From an uncultured Prevotella sp. (GTDB lineage Bacteria; Bacteroidota; Bacteroidia; Bacteroidales; Bacteroidaceae): DNA of 64,000 nucleotides. Location of the stretch: NCBI GenBank assembly GCA_946415245.1, contig CAMKRS010000008.1, positions 3,118 to 67,117 on the forward strand, in the 5' to 3' direction. Shown in pieces: positions 50,628 to 59,865 of the stretch (within the stretch, counting starts at the first letter, position 1; each line of letters starts with the position of its first letter). The notes beneath the pieces were generated by a model. It ran no database searches and was not told the origin of the DNA. It saw only the letters and a program-made list of their open reading frames with translations. The translations under genes and the position numbers were made by a program.

Positions 50628-52979
50628 ATGGAGGTATTTAGATACAAGGTAGATGGTGCCTATGAATTAAAGGCGAGCACCAACGACATTTTACCGTCGT
50701 GGTATAAGTTCCGTGCCCGTATACCTGATCATGATACATATTGTTCATATCAGATGGACGGAAAAGGTGCACTCTATCTTTATGACTATGCGAGCAAATC
50801 TATGAAAGAAATGGGCTCAAATGCATGGTCAGAGTTACCTCCTGTATTTTTCGAAACCAACAATTATAACTTTACCATCTTTTTTGAGAATCTTCAGGAT
50901 GGAACGTCTCCATACGTGATTCATCCGGATAAAAGGGTGAGCGAGATGTTTAATCTACAGCAAGTAGGAAATAAGGCTTTTCTGAATGGAGCCATTAATT
51001 TCTTAAATGAGCCAGGTCGTTTCGATTTAAAGTTCGCCTATACTCCAGCAAATGGTAGGGAAAGGATAGCAGAAATAAGTTTTGATGTAGTCTCACCAAA
51101 ACTGGATACCAAGAATGATCTGAAGATTATCATCCAACAGATACGTGCAGAATATGATGATATAGTTTTCCGTTATCTCACACTGACGTATCAGCAATTC
51201 GCAGAGGGACGAGAGGCGAACAATGATATCATTTGGCTGGCCGTATTTAAGAACATTATTGAAGGGTACATTAATTCCGTCAGGTATATCATCCATCGTC
51301 CTCATTTCAGAAATCATCATTATGTAGATTACCTGAAAGCTGAGAGGATCAAGAAATGGACACCAAGCTTATCAGAGCGTTTTATCAATGATTGGTCTGA
51401 GGATCAAGAGAAGGCTCTCAATAATCTCTATAGAGTTGAACGCCAAGAAACTACCGAGGATACTCGCGAGAACCGATTCGTGAAGTACACCTTAGAAAGG
51501 ATGGGGGAACGTCTGAAAACAGTACTGAAGAAAATCAAGATCAATAGTGGTGACCAAGTATCTGATGAGGAGAATCAAGGTTTGGATATCTATATCCGCC
51601 AATTGGAAAAATTAAAGAGTGCCCCATTATTCAAGAATATAGGACGCTTTGATGGCTTTCGTCAGGAGAGTATCGTCATGCAGCAGCGTACAGGATATTC
51701 TCAGGTATACAGATACTGGCTGATGCTTCAGAACGGCTTGAATCTGATTGATGGCAAAACTTCTGTTGGAGTGCTTCCAATTTGGCAGCTATATGAGGTG
51801 TGGTGCTTCTTGAAGATGAAGCGTATGGTGTGTCAGATACTTAACTTGGATCCTCATAATCCTGATGATATACCATATATTCATGAAAATAAGGAAACCA
51901 TGTTGAATCCTTTCTTAGGCAGCGAAATGGAGGACAAAGTACTGCTGGAGAATAAGGAGACGGGAGATCTGGTAGAACTTGGATATCAATATAAATATTC
52001 GAGAACGAAAGGTGGTGTAAGGGATGATGTTCATTCCGTAACAGCTGAACAAAAGCCAGATATTGTTCTGAATGTTAAGAAAAAGGGGAATGATGTTCTT
52101 CTAACATATCTCTTTGACGCAAAATACCGAGTGAAGGGAGATGATGATCCTACTTTAGATGAAAAGGTATCAGATTATCCAGTAGAAGATACTTTGAACC
52201 AGATGCATCGATATAGGGATGCTATCTATTATGGATATAGGTCTAAGGGAAACTTAGCAAAAGAGGTTATAGGAGCATATATACTCTTTCCCGGCCGAAT
52301 GAATGAAGAGAATGAATTAATGAAAATTGGAAATAAAGATTATGCCTCTTTACCTTATTTCTTAAAGTCTATCTATCAAGTCAATATTGGGGCATATCCT
52401 CTTTTACCGAATGACGACAGTGGATTGTTGTTATATAATAATCTATGTGAGATTATTCATGGGCAAACTGTTATTGACCAACTTCGAGATAGTGTGCCTC
52501 AGAGGGGATTGTCTTACTCGCCAGCAGTAGATCCTGAAGAGCAGGTCTATGTTCTTGTTGGTTTCATTGAGGATACTCAGCGTGAATGGATTTTTGCAAA
52601 TAAGCATTTGTTTGGGCAATACAATATTCATGCACAAGGCGAACTTACACGTTTCCTTAATGTTTCATATCTGCTATTGTATAATAGAAGAGCAGATATT
52701 ATTGACGGCTCCTGTTTCTATCAAAAGTTGGATAACTTCAATGTGAGGATCATGTCACCAGCGGAAATGAAAAATACTGGATATGAATCTAAGCATAATT
52801 ATACAGGGTCATATTTCTATTATAGATTCAGGCCTCAATCATCTGATGTTTTTAAGGATATGCAATGGAATTATAAAGATTTACCCGGCAGCAATTATCC
52901 ATATGAGAAGCCTTTTATTGTAACGCTAAAAGACCTAAAGAAATATGCAAGACGAATTGACAGCGAAGATGCACTCTGA
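50628..52979 (+). CDS. McrC-like DUF2357 / PD-(D/E)XK nuclease subunit
   Basis: 'DTRENRFVK', 'LYEVWCFL', 'KPDIVL...FDAKYR', 'QMHRYRDAI'. Confidence 0.9.
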   Translation: MEVFRYKVDGAYELKASTNDILPSWYKFRARIPDHDTYCSYQMDGKGALYLYDYASKSMKEMGSNAWSELPPVFFETNNYNFTIFFENLQDGTSPYVIHPDKRVSEMFNLQQVGNKAFLNGAINFLNEPGRFDLKFAYTPANGRERIAEISFDVVSPKLDTKNDLKIIIQQIRAEYDDIVFRYLTLTYQQFAEGREANNDIIWLAVFKNIIEGYINSVRYIIHRPHFRNHHYVDYLKAERIKKWTPSLSERFINDWSEDQEKALNNLYRVERQETTEDTRENRFVKYTLERMGERLKTVLKKIKINSGDQVSDEENQGLDIYIRQLEKLKSAPLFKNIGRFDGFRQESIVMQQRTGYSQVYRYWLMLQNGLNLIDGKTSVGVLPIWQLYEVWCFLKMKRMVCQILNLDPHNPDDIPYIHENKETMLNPFLGSEMEDKVLLENKETGDLVELGYQYKYSRTKGGVRDDVHSVTAEQKPDIVLNVKKKGNDVLLTYLFDAKYRVKGDDDPTLDEKVSDYPVEDTLNQMHRYRDAIYYGYRSKGNLAKEVIGAYILFPGRMNEENELMKIGNKDYASLPYFLKSIYQVNIGAYPLLPNDDSGLLLYNNLCEIIHGQTVIDQLRDSVPQRGLSYSPAVDPEEQVYVLVGFIEDTQREWIFANKHLFGQYNIHAQGELTRFLNVSYLLLYNRRADIIDGSCFYQKLDNFNVRIMSPAEMKNTGYESKHNYTGSYFYYRFRPQSSDVFKDMQWNYKDLPGSNYPYEKPFIVTLKDLKKYARRIDSEDAL

Positions 52980-53145
52980 GTTCACTATTGATGCTGAAAC
53001 AGAGAAAAGGCATAGAGCAGGTTGTGTCTGGCTTCAGTTAAAAGCAGATGCCACCAAGGAAGAGGTTGAGGAATGTGCTAAGAGTTATGAGATTGATTAT
53101 GAAACAGCCATGAAGTGGAAAGACTATTGGCTTGATCTAAAATAA
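52969..53145 (+). CDS. Small hypothetical protein (58 aa from ATG 52969; alternative start at 52945)
   Basis: Overlaps the nuclease stop and ends 12 bp before vsr. Confidence 0.55.
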   Translation: MHSEFTIDAETEKRHRAGCVWLQLKADATKEEVEECAKSYEIDYETAMKWKDYWLDLK

Positions 53146-53157
53146 TAGAAGCGTTGA

Positions 53158-53700
53158 ATGGATAAACTCTCTGCAGAACAACGGCATAAGAATATGGCTG
53201 CGGTTCATTCGAAGGATACGAAGCCAGAGTTGATTGTGCGCAGAGGGCTGTGGAGTAGGGGATTCAGATATAGGCTAAATTCTCCGAAATTGCCTGGACA
53301 TCCGGATTTGGTGTTGAGGAAATACAGAACGTGTATATTCATTAATGGATGCTTTTGGCACGGACACAAGGTTACAATAACCAATAACCATGAACCAATA
53401 ACCATTGAGAATTCTGAGTGCTGCAAGATTCCGCAGACAAATCGGGAGTTCTGGCTGGCGAAGATCAGGAGGAATCAGGAACGGGATATAAGAGAACAGA
53501 AGGTTTTGGCAGAAATGGGCTGGCATTGCATCACCGTATGGGAGTGTGAGCTGAAGCCGAAGGTCAAAGAGCAGACACTAAAATCATTGGCTTTTACCCT
53601 GAATAAAATATGGCTGGATGATCATCGCGTAGCAGCCAAACCTTATCCCCAATTAGAGGAAGAGGATTACAATTATTCCAGAGCAGCTGAAGAAAAATGA
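53158..53700 (+). CDS. vsr: Very short patch repair endonuclease
   Basis: 'NMAAVHSKDTKPE', 'LPGHPD', 'GCFWHGH', 'FW..KI.RN..RD', 'VWECEL'. Confidence 0.95.
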   Translation: MDKLSAEQRHKNMAAVHSKDTKPELIVRRGLWSRGFRYRLNSPKLPGHPDLVLRKYRTCIFINGCFWHGHKVTITNNHEPITIENSECCKIPQTNREFWLAKIRRNQERDIREQKVLAEMGWHCITVWECELKPKVKEQTLKSLAFTLNKIWLDDHRVAAKPYPQLEEEDYNYSRAAEEK

Positions 53701-53831
53701 AACGGTTACAAATTGAAACCAGTTATAAAGGATTCCTTGACAACTGAACTTTCATTATTTTTTTTGTAGAAATTTGGAAATAACGGAAATAATAACTATC
53801 TTTGCACATTATTAATATATAACTTAAGACA

Positions 53832-54608
53832 ATGAAATACTATTTCCCATTTGGCGAAGAATTAAAGCCGTTAAAGCAGCAGGATAGGACACCAAAGAAG
53901 GTGTTTGTACTTGGAGTATATGCAAGTGCAGTTCATGCTCGTTGGTCGTTAGGACCACGAAAAGAAGATTTGATGTGTGCAGCGATGGCAGTAGCCAGTG
54001 AGCCTCGAATCTTCTGGGATGGTAATCCGGATGAGGCTGCGGAGATAATAAGTAGGATTAAGGTACCTAAAGGACTTGGCACTTTGAAACCTGCTGGTAA
54101 GAATCTTAATGGTCCGTCTGCCAAGGTACTTGATGAGCATATTCTTGCTCCTTTAGGATTCACTCGAAAGGATGCATGGCTTTGTGATTTGTTGCCTGAA
54201 ACGCGACTGAATAGCCATCAGGCAGATGTCATTAAGGATAAATATAATCCGTATATTAAAAAGTATGGCCTGAATGAAGTAACGATCCCTGAGCGCCCTA
54301 ATGTGTTCTGCGATAAAAAGCGGTGTGATGAGATCGTTGCTGAGATTGAAGAGTCGAAAGCTGAGATTGTGGTCTTGCTTGGTGATATCCCTATCAAGCA
54401 GTTTCTGAATGTAGTAGCAAAGGTTGAATATAATTCTTTGCTGGAATATAAAAACCAATATGGATATGGCATTACTACTGAGGCTGTCATTAATGGTAAA
54501 AGCTATAAGATTCTTCCTTTAGCGCATCCTCGCCAGATTGGAGCCCTTGGTGGTCATAGCGAAAGTTGGTATAATGAACATAAGAAATGGGAAGAAAGAA
54601 TAAAGTAG
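53832..54608 (+). CDS. Uracil-DNA glycosylase-fold protein (atypical family)
   Basis: 'VFVLGVY', 'GPSAKVL..IL..LG', 'IVVLLGD', C-terminal 'PLAHP' resembling UDG motif B. Confidence 0.6.
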   Translation: MKYYFPFGEELKPLKQQDRTPKKVFVLGVYASAVHARWSLGPRKEDLMCAAMAVASEPRIFWDGNPDEAAEIISRIKVPKGLGTLKPAGKNLNGPSAKVLDEHILAPLGFTRKDAWLCDLLPETRLNSHQADVIKDKYNPYIKKYGLNEVTIPERPNVFCDKKRCDEIVAEIEESKAEIVVLLGDIPIKQFLNVVAKVEYNSLLEYKNQYGYGITTEAVINGKSYKILPLAHPRQIGALGGHSESWYNEHKKWEERIK

Positions 54609-54609
54609 T

Positions 54610-55080
54610 ATGAGCGAGAAAGAGATAAAAAAGATTCTTGAAGAGAATAAGGTGCTGAAGGAGGAGAATAAAAGACTTCGCCAGTTAGTGGCATACATCA
54701 AGAAAACCATTCAGGAGTATGAGGATGGGATCGTTCAGTTTCATAATGCCATTGATGCTGAAAAACAAGCCGCTTTACGCCAAGCTTATCTTGAGGCAGA
54801 TAAGGGCATCGTTGGAAAACTGATGATAAAAGTAGATGATCTGCCAATAAGTGGGAGAACGAAGTCTGCGTTTAGGAGTTCGAATATAAAAACATTGGGG
54901 GATGTTGCTGCTTTAAAGCTTGTAGACATCCTGAGATTTCGCGGAATGGGTAAAACGCGAGTAAAGGAAATTACAGATATCTTGGACTTTTATGGTCTGG
55001 AATTCGGTATGGATTCAAAGGGCATCATAGAAGAGGCTCTGAAGAACTATGGCAAAAAAAAGAAAAAAGGTACTCAATAG
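54610..55080 (+). CDS. Coiled coil plus RNA polymerase alpha-CTD-like domain
   Basis: 'VDDLPISGRTKSAFRSSNIKTLGDV......ILRFRGMGKTRVKEI..IL...GLEFGM'. Confidence 0.8.
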   Translation: MSEKEIKKILEENKVLKEENKRLRQLVAYIKKTIQEYEDGIVQFHNAIDAEKQAALRQAYLEADKGIVGKLMIKVDDLPISGRTKSAFRSSNIKTLGDVAALKLVDILRFRGMGKTRVKEITDILDFYGLEFGMDSKGIIEEALKNYGKKKKKGTQ

Positions 55081-55149
55081 GTTAGTATTAGGTTAATAAG
55101 ATTGTTGTTTCCGCTGCACTGTTCGAGAGAATCGTGTGGCGGTTTTTTT
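55074..55149 (+). ncRNA. 3'-end repeated RNA element ending in a terminator
   Basis: Close homologue of 59638-59712; GAGA-loop hairpin followed by a T run. Confidence 0.55.
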
Positions 55150-55200
55150 GATGAATATTTGGAAGTTAAACGGGCAGAGTCCGAGTGCTTTTACACAATA

Positions 55201-55232
55201 AGACCATATTGCTGACGCCAGCAATATGGTCT
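55201..55232. terminator. Perfect 14-bp inverted repeat downstream of the protease gene
   Basis: AGACCATATTGCTG-ACGC-CAGCAATATGGTCT. Confidence 0.65.
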
Positions 55233-55260
55233 AGTATTTATCTTATAATTTTACACGATC

Positions 55261-58185
55261 TTACTTCACCAGGACCTTTCTGACACTACCGTCACTGTAG
55301 CGGATGATGTTGATGCCCTTCTGCATCTTGTTCTGCGCCTTTCCTTCCAGCGAGAAGACCTTTACTGGATGCTTTTCCTCCTGCAGATCCTTAATGCCTA
55401 AGGTATAGCTACCGTAGATGGTAATATCGTGGTCAGGCATCGTTTCTGGTAAATCTATCCATGCGAACTCATAGCCTTCGCGATAATAAGGAGGAGTAAT
55501 ATAAACAATTTGATCACCATACTTGTAAGTTCGTATCATGTACACCTTACCATCTATCATATAGGAAATGGTATGGAATTTCGAATCCTTATGGGTGAAA
55601 TAGCCCGGATTATCTGATCCGCCATCAATATGGGCATAGTCACCACCAGAATTACCTTCCACATAAGAATCATTCATATCCAGGACTTGTATCTTTTTCA
55701 TAATGGTAGTCCCCTTAAAATCGCCACATTGGAACAGCAAGTGACAATCTTCAATGTTGTAAGCAAAATTTGGGAATAACACTTCAATCTCTTGGAAATC
55801 ACCAGTGGATACAACATCAACAGTTGTCTGATCATAATTATCCCATATACCCATATTGATTTGGAGTGTACCGTTTGTGGGGAACTTGGCGGTCACGACA
55901 ACTTTATAAGAGCCCCCCTGCTTAAGGTTAAAACTGCCATCAGGAATAACCATGACCTGAGGCTCCCAATACATTCCAACCGTTTTGTCAACGTAAATCG
56001 CTATACCATCAGGATTGGAAGTAACAGAACCGTTGGTCTGACTGTCATCAAACTGATACCAGTAAGGATATTCGCCTTCAAAGCCACCTGTCCAGTCTTT
56101 TTCTGCTATGACGCTAATGGTAGTAGAGCCATTATTATAGGCCGTTCCTGCACCTCCAATTAAACTGTAGCAAGCCTCAAACATATCATCTGCATATAAA
56201 ACATTCGACATGTTCCAATGATCATTTGCATAAATAGTTGTAAGATTTGAACAACCAGAAAACATTCGCTCCATATCCGTTACATCAAATGTATTGAACC
56301 CACTCACGTCAAGGCTTGTTAGCTTGCTACAGCCAGAGAACATGTGTGCCATATTTCTCACATTATCTGTCTTGAATCCACTTACGTCAAGGCTTGTCAG
56401 CTTGCTACAGCCAGAGAACATATATCCCATGTCCAGCACATAGTCTGTCTTGAAACCATTCACGTCAAGGTCCGTCAGACCAGAACAACCATTGAACATA
56501 TTGTTCATATCTGACACATAATATGTATTGAAGCTACTCAAATCAAGGTTTTTCAGGCTTGAACAGCTTTGGAACATCGAATTTACGTACCCTAACTTAT
56601 CTGTCTTGAATCCACTCAAATCAAGGTTTGTTAGACTTGAACAGTTTTGGAACATCGAATTCATGTAGATTACTTCATCTGTCTTGAAACCACTCAATTC
56701 AAGGTTTTTCAAACTTGAACAGTTATGGAACATCGAGCGCATGTCTTTCACATTTTCCGTATTTAATCCACTCACGTCAAGGCTTGTCAGGCTTGAACAG
56801 TCTCGGAACATATAACTCATGTCTGTAACCTTTGACGTATTTAGATTCTCAAGTCCTGTGATAGACTTTATTTTACTCCATCCAAGGAAAAAGAAACTAA
56901 GATTATTCATTTCTAGATTGGCAAAAGATGAGTCGATAACACATTCGGTAGCCTGCTTTGCATAATCTAACCACTCATCCTTATCAGGTAATATAGTCCC
57001 CGTACGGTGAGATATCTCCTTATCATAGTACAATGTTATCTTTCCACTATCAAGTACTGCATATCGGCTTGGGCTATCTGGATATGCTGGCTGAATACCA
57101 ATAACAGCTCCATTCCTACTTTTATAGTTATACCCTATATACCCAACAAGGTCTGTCAATAAAAAATAATCATCATAAGAGCCTCCCCAGCCCCAGTTCA
57201 CATGAAAATAGCCATCTCTGTACCCATCTAAGACAAAAGCATGACCATTAATAACTTTAAATGGTTCTCCTTCATACAATACAGGTCGTCCGCTTTTTAA
57301 CTCATCATATAACCTCTGTTCCCATATATCCGACTTACCTCGTGTAACATATTCTGCCAAGTAATCATATTCAAAATACTTGCGGAGGGCTTTGGCGGCA
57401 TTAAGAAGGGTCGAACCGCTACCTTCCTCTGTAGCATAATCCATTTTAACAGATGTTCCACATAACATCATCAAAGTGGATATAGCTTCTATTTGTTTAT
57501 CACTGTAGTCTTCCTCACTATCATATTTTTCTAACATATTTTCCCAGTCAATGGCCGTTATAGGTATAGCTGGCAAGTTTATCTTTCTGGTTTCTGATGT
57601 ATAGCCCGGAATGATGTCTGTCGTCTGTTTGGGCCACTGATAATAATACATGATTTGTGCCATCGCTGTGGCAACACAGCCTGTGACAGCATGATCACCA
57701 TCTACTATCGGACATTTTTCATTATAATATTTACCTTGATCAAAATGGCATTTCAGTAAAGGACTGATTTCTTCTCTTTCGGTCATAGAACGTCTTGATG
57801 CCGGAACTTCCGGATGTTCTCGCAGGTATATCACTTGGTTGGCATAGCCCTCCAGCCAGGCACGCATGTTGCAAGGAATAGTCTCGGCATCGAAATGCCC
57901 CGTATAGGAATAGCCTAACACATCAGGCATGCGCTCGTCACCACTCACAACCACATAACCACCGTTTGCCTCGTCGTTAAAGGCATAAAACTCGTCGCGG
58001 TCATTGGCCAATACTAATCTTGGCGTTTTGTTGGAAGCGCTTCTTTTTGTGGACGACTTGTCTGATTTGGTCAGAAAGGTAAATGCCTTTTGCTTTGCGA
58101 GCTCCGATGAAACCTGTTGGGCTAAAAGCATCAAAGGGCTAGTCAGGAATACGAGCAAACATGATATTTTAAAGGACTTCTTCAT
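55261..58185 (-). CDS. C10 (streptopain-family) cysteine protease with prodomain, BspA/DUF285-type LRR repeats and a T9SS-like C-terminus
   Basis: 'TGCVATAMAQ', 'GHAFVLDG', 'HVNWGWGG'; about 8 repeats of 26 aa 'T.NV.DM..MF.GCS.LTSLDVSGF'. Confidence 0.9.
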   Translation of the reverse strand: MKKSFKISCLLVFLTSPLMLLAQQVSSELAKQKAFTFLTKSDKSSTKRSASNKTPRLVLANDRDEFYAFNDEANGGYVVVSGDERMPDVLGYSYTGHFDAETIPCNMRAWLEGYANQVIYLREHPEVPASRRSMTEREEISPLLKCHFDQGKYYNEKCPIVDGDHAVTGCVATAMAQIMYYYQWPKQTTDIIPGYTSETRKINLPAIPITAIDWENMLEKYDSEEDYSDKQIEAISTLMMLCGTSVKMDYATEEGSGSTLLNAAKALRKYFEYDYLAEYVTRGKSDIWEQRLYDELKSGRPVLYEGEPFKVINGHAFVLDGYRDGYFHVNWGWGGSYDDYFLLTDLVGYIGYNYKSRNGAVIGIQPAYPDSPSRYAVLDSGKITLYYDKEISHRTGTILPDKDEWLDYAKQATECVIDSSFANLEMNNLSFFFLGWSKIKSITGLENLNTSKVTDMSYMFRDCSSLTSLDVSGLNTENVKDMRSMFHNCSSLKNLELSGFKTDEVIYMNSMFQNCSSLTNLDLSGFKTDKLGYVNSMFQSCSSLKNLDLSSFNTYYVSDMNNMFNGCSGLTDLDVNGFKTDYVLDMGYMFSGCSKLTSLDVSGFKTDNVRNMAHMFSGCSKLTSLDVSGFNTFDVTDMERMFSGCSNLTTIYANDHWNMSNVLYADDMFEACYSLIGGAGTAYNNGSTTISVIAEKDWTGGFEGEYPYWYQFDDSQTNGSVTSNPDGIAIYVDKTVGMYWEPQVMVIPDGSFNLKQGGSYKVVVTAKFPTNGTLQINMGIWDNYDQTTVDVVSTGDFQEIEVLFPNFAYNIEDCHLLFQCGDFKGTTIMKKIQVLDMNDSYVEGNSGGDYAHIDGGSDNPGYFTHKDSKFHTISYMIDGKVYMIRTYKYGDQIVYITPPYYREGYEFAWIDLPETMPDHDITIYGSYTLGIKDLQEEKHPVKVFSLEGKAQNKMQKGINIIRYSDGSVRKVLVK

Positions 58186-58406
58186 ATTAGTTATTTGTAA
58201 TTAGGATTATTCTTGGGGCAAAGATAAGAAAAAAAATTCTTAAATACAAAAGAAATAGCAAAAATGTTGTCCAAGGATTTGTGTTTTCGATAATTATTCG
58301 TATCTTTGCAGCCGTTTGTAATGAATCGCTAAGAACCTTATCATGAAGCGTAGGGGAAATAGACTGGATAAGAGAGCAGAAACAATTTGCTGCTGAGAAT
58401 ATACGA

Positions 58407-58562
58407 ATGGAGAGGGAATATCAGGAGTTGGAAAGAGAACTCGAAATTCAAGAGATTCAAGACGCTATTGATGATATCAACGCCAGGGCTTATCGGGCAT
58501 ACCGAGAAGAACAGTCTGCCTATGACGATTTCTTGGCTTCATTAGATATGGCAGATAAATAA
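58407..58562 (+). CDS. Small acidic helical ORF, possibly a degraded gene
   Basis: MEREYQELERELEIQEIQDAIDDINARAYRAYREEQSAYDDFLASLDMADK*; frame is open back to 58347. Confidence 0.35.
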   Translation: MEREYQELERELEIQEIQDAIDDINARAYRAYREEQSAYDDFLASLDMADK

Positions 58563-58578
58563 TTTAGGTATTGAGGCT

Positions 58579-58911
58579 ATGGCACGTTTAGTTTTTATAT
58601 TAATAATTGCTCTGCTGTTGTCGTGTGGAGAACAGAAGAAGCAGCGAGAAGTGGAGTGGAGTAGTGTAGAGGTGGAGGAATCTCGCGATACTGTCTTGGT
58701 GCAGGATACTGTGCAGACTGCCGCATCAGCACCCGAAGAAGATGTGAAGCCAGCAAAGGTGCAAGTTTCTTCTTCAGGGTCTGTGAGATCTTCATTAAAG
58801 AAATACAATGATGACAATCTACGTGGATGGGATCCTGCGTCTGAGGATGATATGGATGACAACGGTATGAGCCGCTATATGGAGAATAATGATGAAGAGG
58901 GTTGGGATTAA
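58579..58911 (+). CDS. Small lipoprotein with acidic C-terminus
   Basis: Lipobox LLSC; tail 'DNLRGWDPASEDDMDDNGMSRYMENNDEEGWD'. Confidence 0.7.
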   Translation: MARLVFILIIALLLSCGEQKKQREVEWSSVEVEESRDTVLVQDTVQTAASAPEEDVKPAKVQVSSSGSVRSSLKKYNDDNLRGWDPASEDDMDDNGMSRYMENNDEEGWD

Positions 58912-58990
58912 GGCAATAATGCTTAATTAAAGCAAAAAACAAGTGCAAATTGTAGATAATACGAATTAATTATATATCTTTGCAAAAAAT

Positions 58991-59632
58991 ATGGATTATG
59001 ACATACCTGAATCAGTTTCACAAAGAGGCAGTGGAGAGGAAACTGCGGAAAATCGCAGAATCCATGAAGTCGCCGATGAACTCCATCGACGCTGCCAACT
59101 ATATGAAGCGCAACTTCGAGATAGCCAAGGCGATGTAAACCATCTGGATGTAGAACAACGTGTGGCTGAGCTATATGCCAAAGAAAACGGTATGTGGCTT
59201 CCAATGAGTAATGTTTTCGATTTAGGCGTTCCTGGGCCATGTGGCAACGAAAACGATACCTATGTTTCTAATGACATTATCTATAAAGTTAACAACCTGC
59301 TAAATACAGGTAGTATCCTGCGCTTGCTCGACAGGGTAACGTGGCATAATAATCTGTTTTACGATACAGCCTATTCCCTTTATACCTTTACAGGTTTCGA
59401 TGGACGTACTATCATGCCTGTATTAAAACAACGGCTGATAAAAGATGCCGTTCCCGCAACTTCCATAGAGATAGGAACCTATATGGCAGCCATTGGCTTT
59501 TCCAAACAAAATGATGAAGGTCGATATGCTAATGATGAATATGTTGTGTGGGATTTGGTTCCAAGAAACGTATTACGAGATAAAGATGGCGATATATATG
59601 TTGTGGATGCGGAGATAGAAAAAAAGAAATAA
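58991..59632 (+). CDS. Polyvalent-protein-type kinase-like domain protein
   Basis: 'GNENDTY', 'IYKVNN', 'HN.LF..TAY', 'DLVPRNVL..KDG.IYVVDA'. Confidence 0.72.
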   Translation: MDYDIPESVSQRGSGEETAENRRIHEVADELHRRCQLYEAQLRDSQGDVNHLDVEQRVAELYAKENGMWLPMSNVFDLGVPGPCGNENDTYVSNDIIYKVNNLLNTGSILRLLDRVTWHNNLFYDTAYSLYTFTGFDGRTIMPVLKQRLIKDAVPATSIEIGTYMAAIGFSKQNDEGRYANDEYVVWDLVPRNVLRDKDGDIYVVDAEIEKKK

Positions 59633-59637
59633 AGCAT

Positions 59638-59712
59638 TCAATAGGTTAGTATTAATAGGTTAAGATTGTTTATCCGCTACATTACTCGTGAGAATAGTGT
59701 GGCGGATTTTTT
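59638..59712 (+). ncRNA. 3'-end repeated RNA element ending in a terminator
   Basis: Close homologue of 55074-55149; GTGA-loop hairpin followed by a T run. Confidence 0.55.
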
Positions 59713-59786
59713 ATTTGGATAACACTTGTTTTTCCAAAAATCTGTTAATTGCTCGTCTGAAATCTTAATTGGAGTTAATGGTTCTG

Positions 59787-59813
59787 GGGGTGTCACGACT
59801 TTTGAGACACCCC
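59787..59813. promoter_or_regulatory. Palindromic operator candidate in the WYL-regulator promoter
   Basis: GGGGTGTC-N11-GACACCCC just upstream of TATCTTTG (59820-59827). Confidence 0.55.
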
Positions 59814-59865
59814 TTGTATTATCTTTGCAGAAAAATACAATAATACAGATCTAAAATATTAAATC

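Noticed and set aside
56250-56870. DGR template/variable repeats or a non-coding array
   Set aside because: These are in-frame 78-bp LRR coding repeats, and there is no reverse transcriptase in the window.
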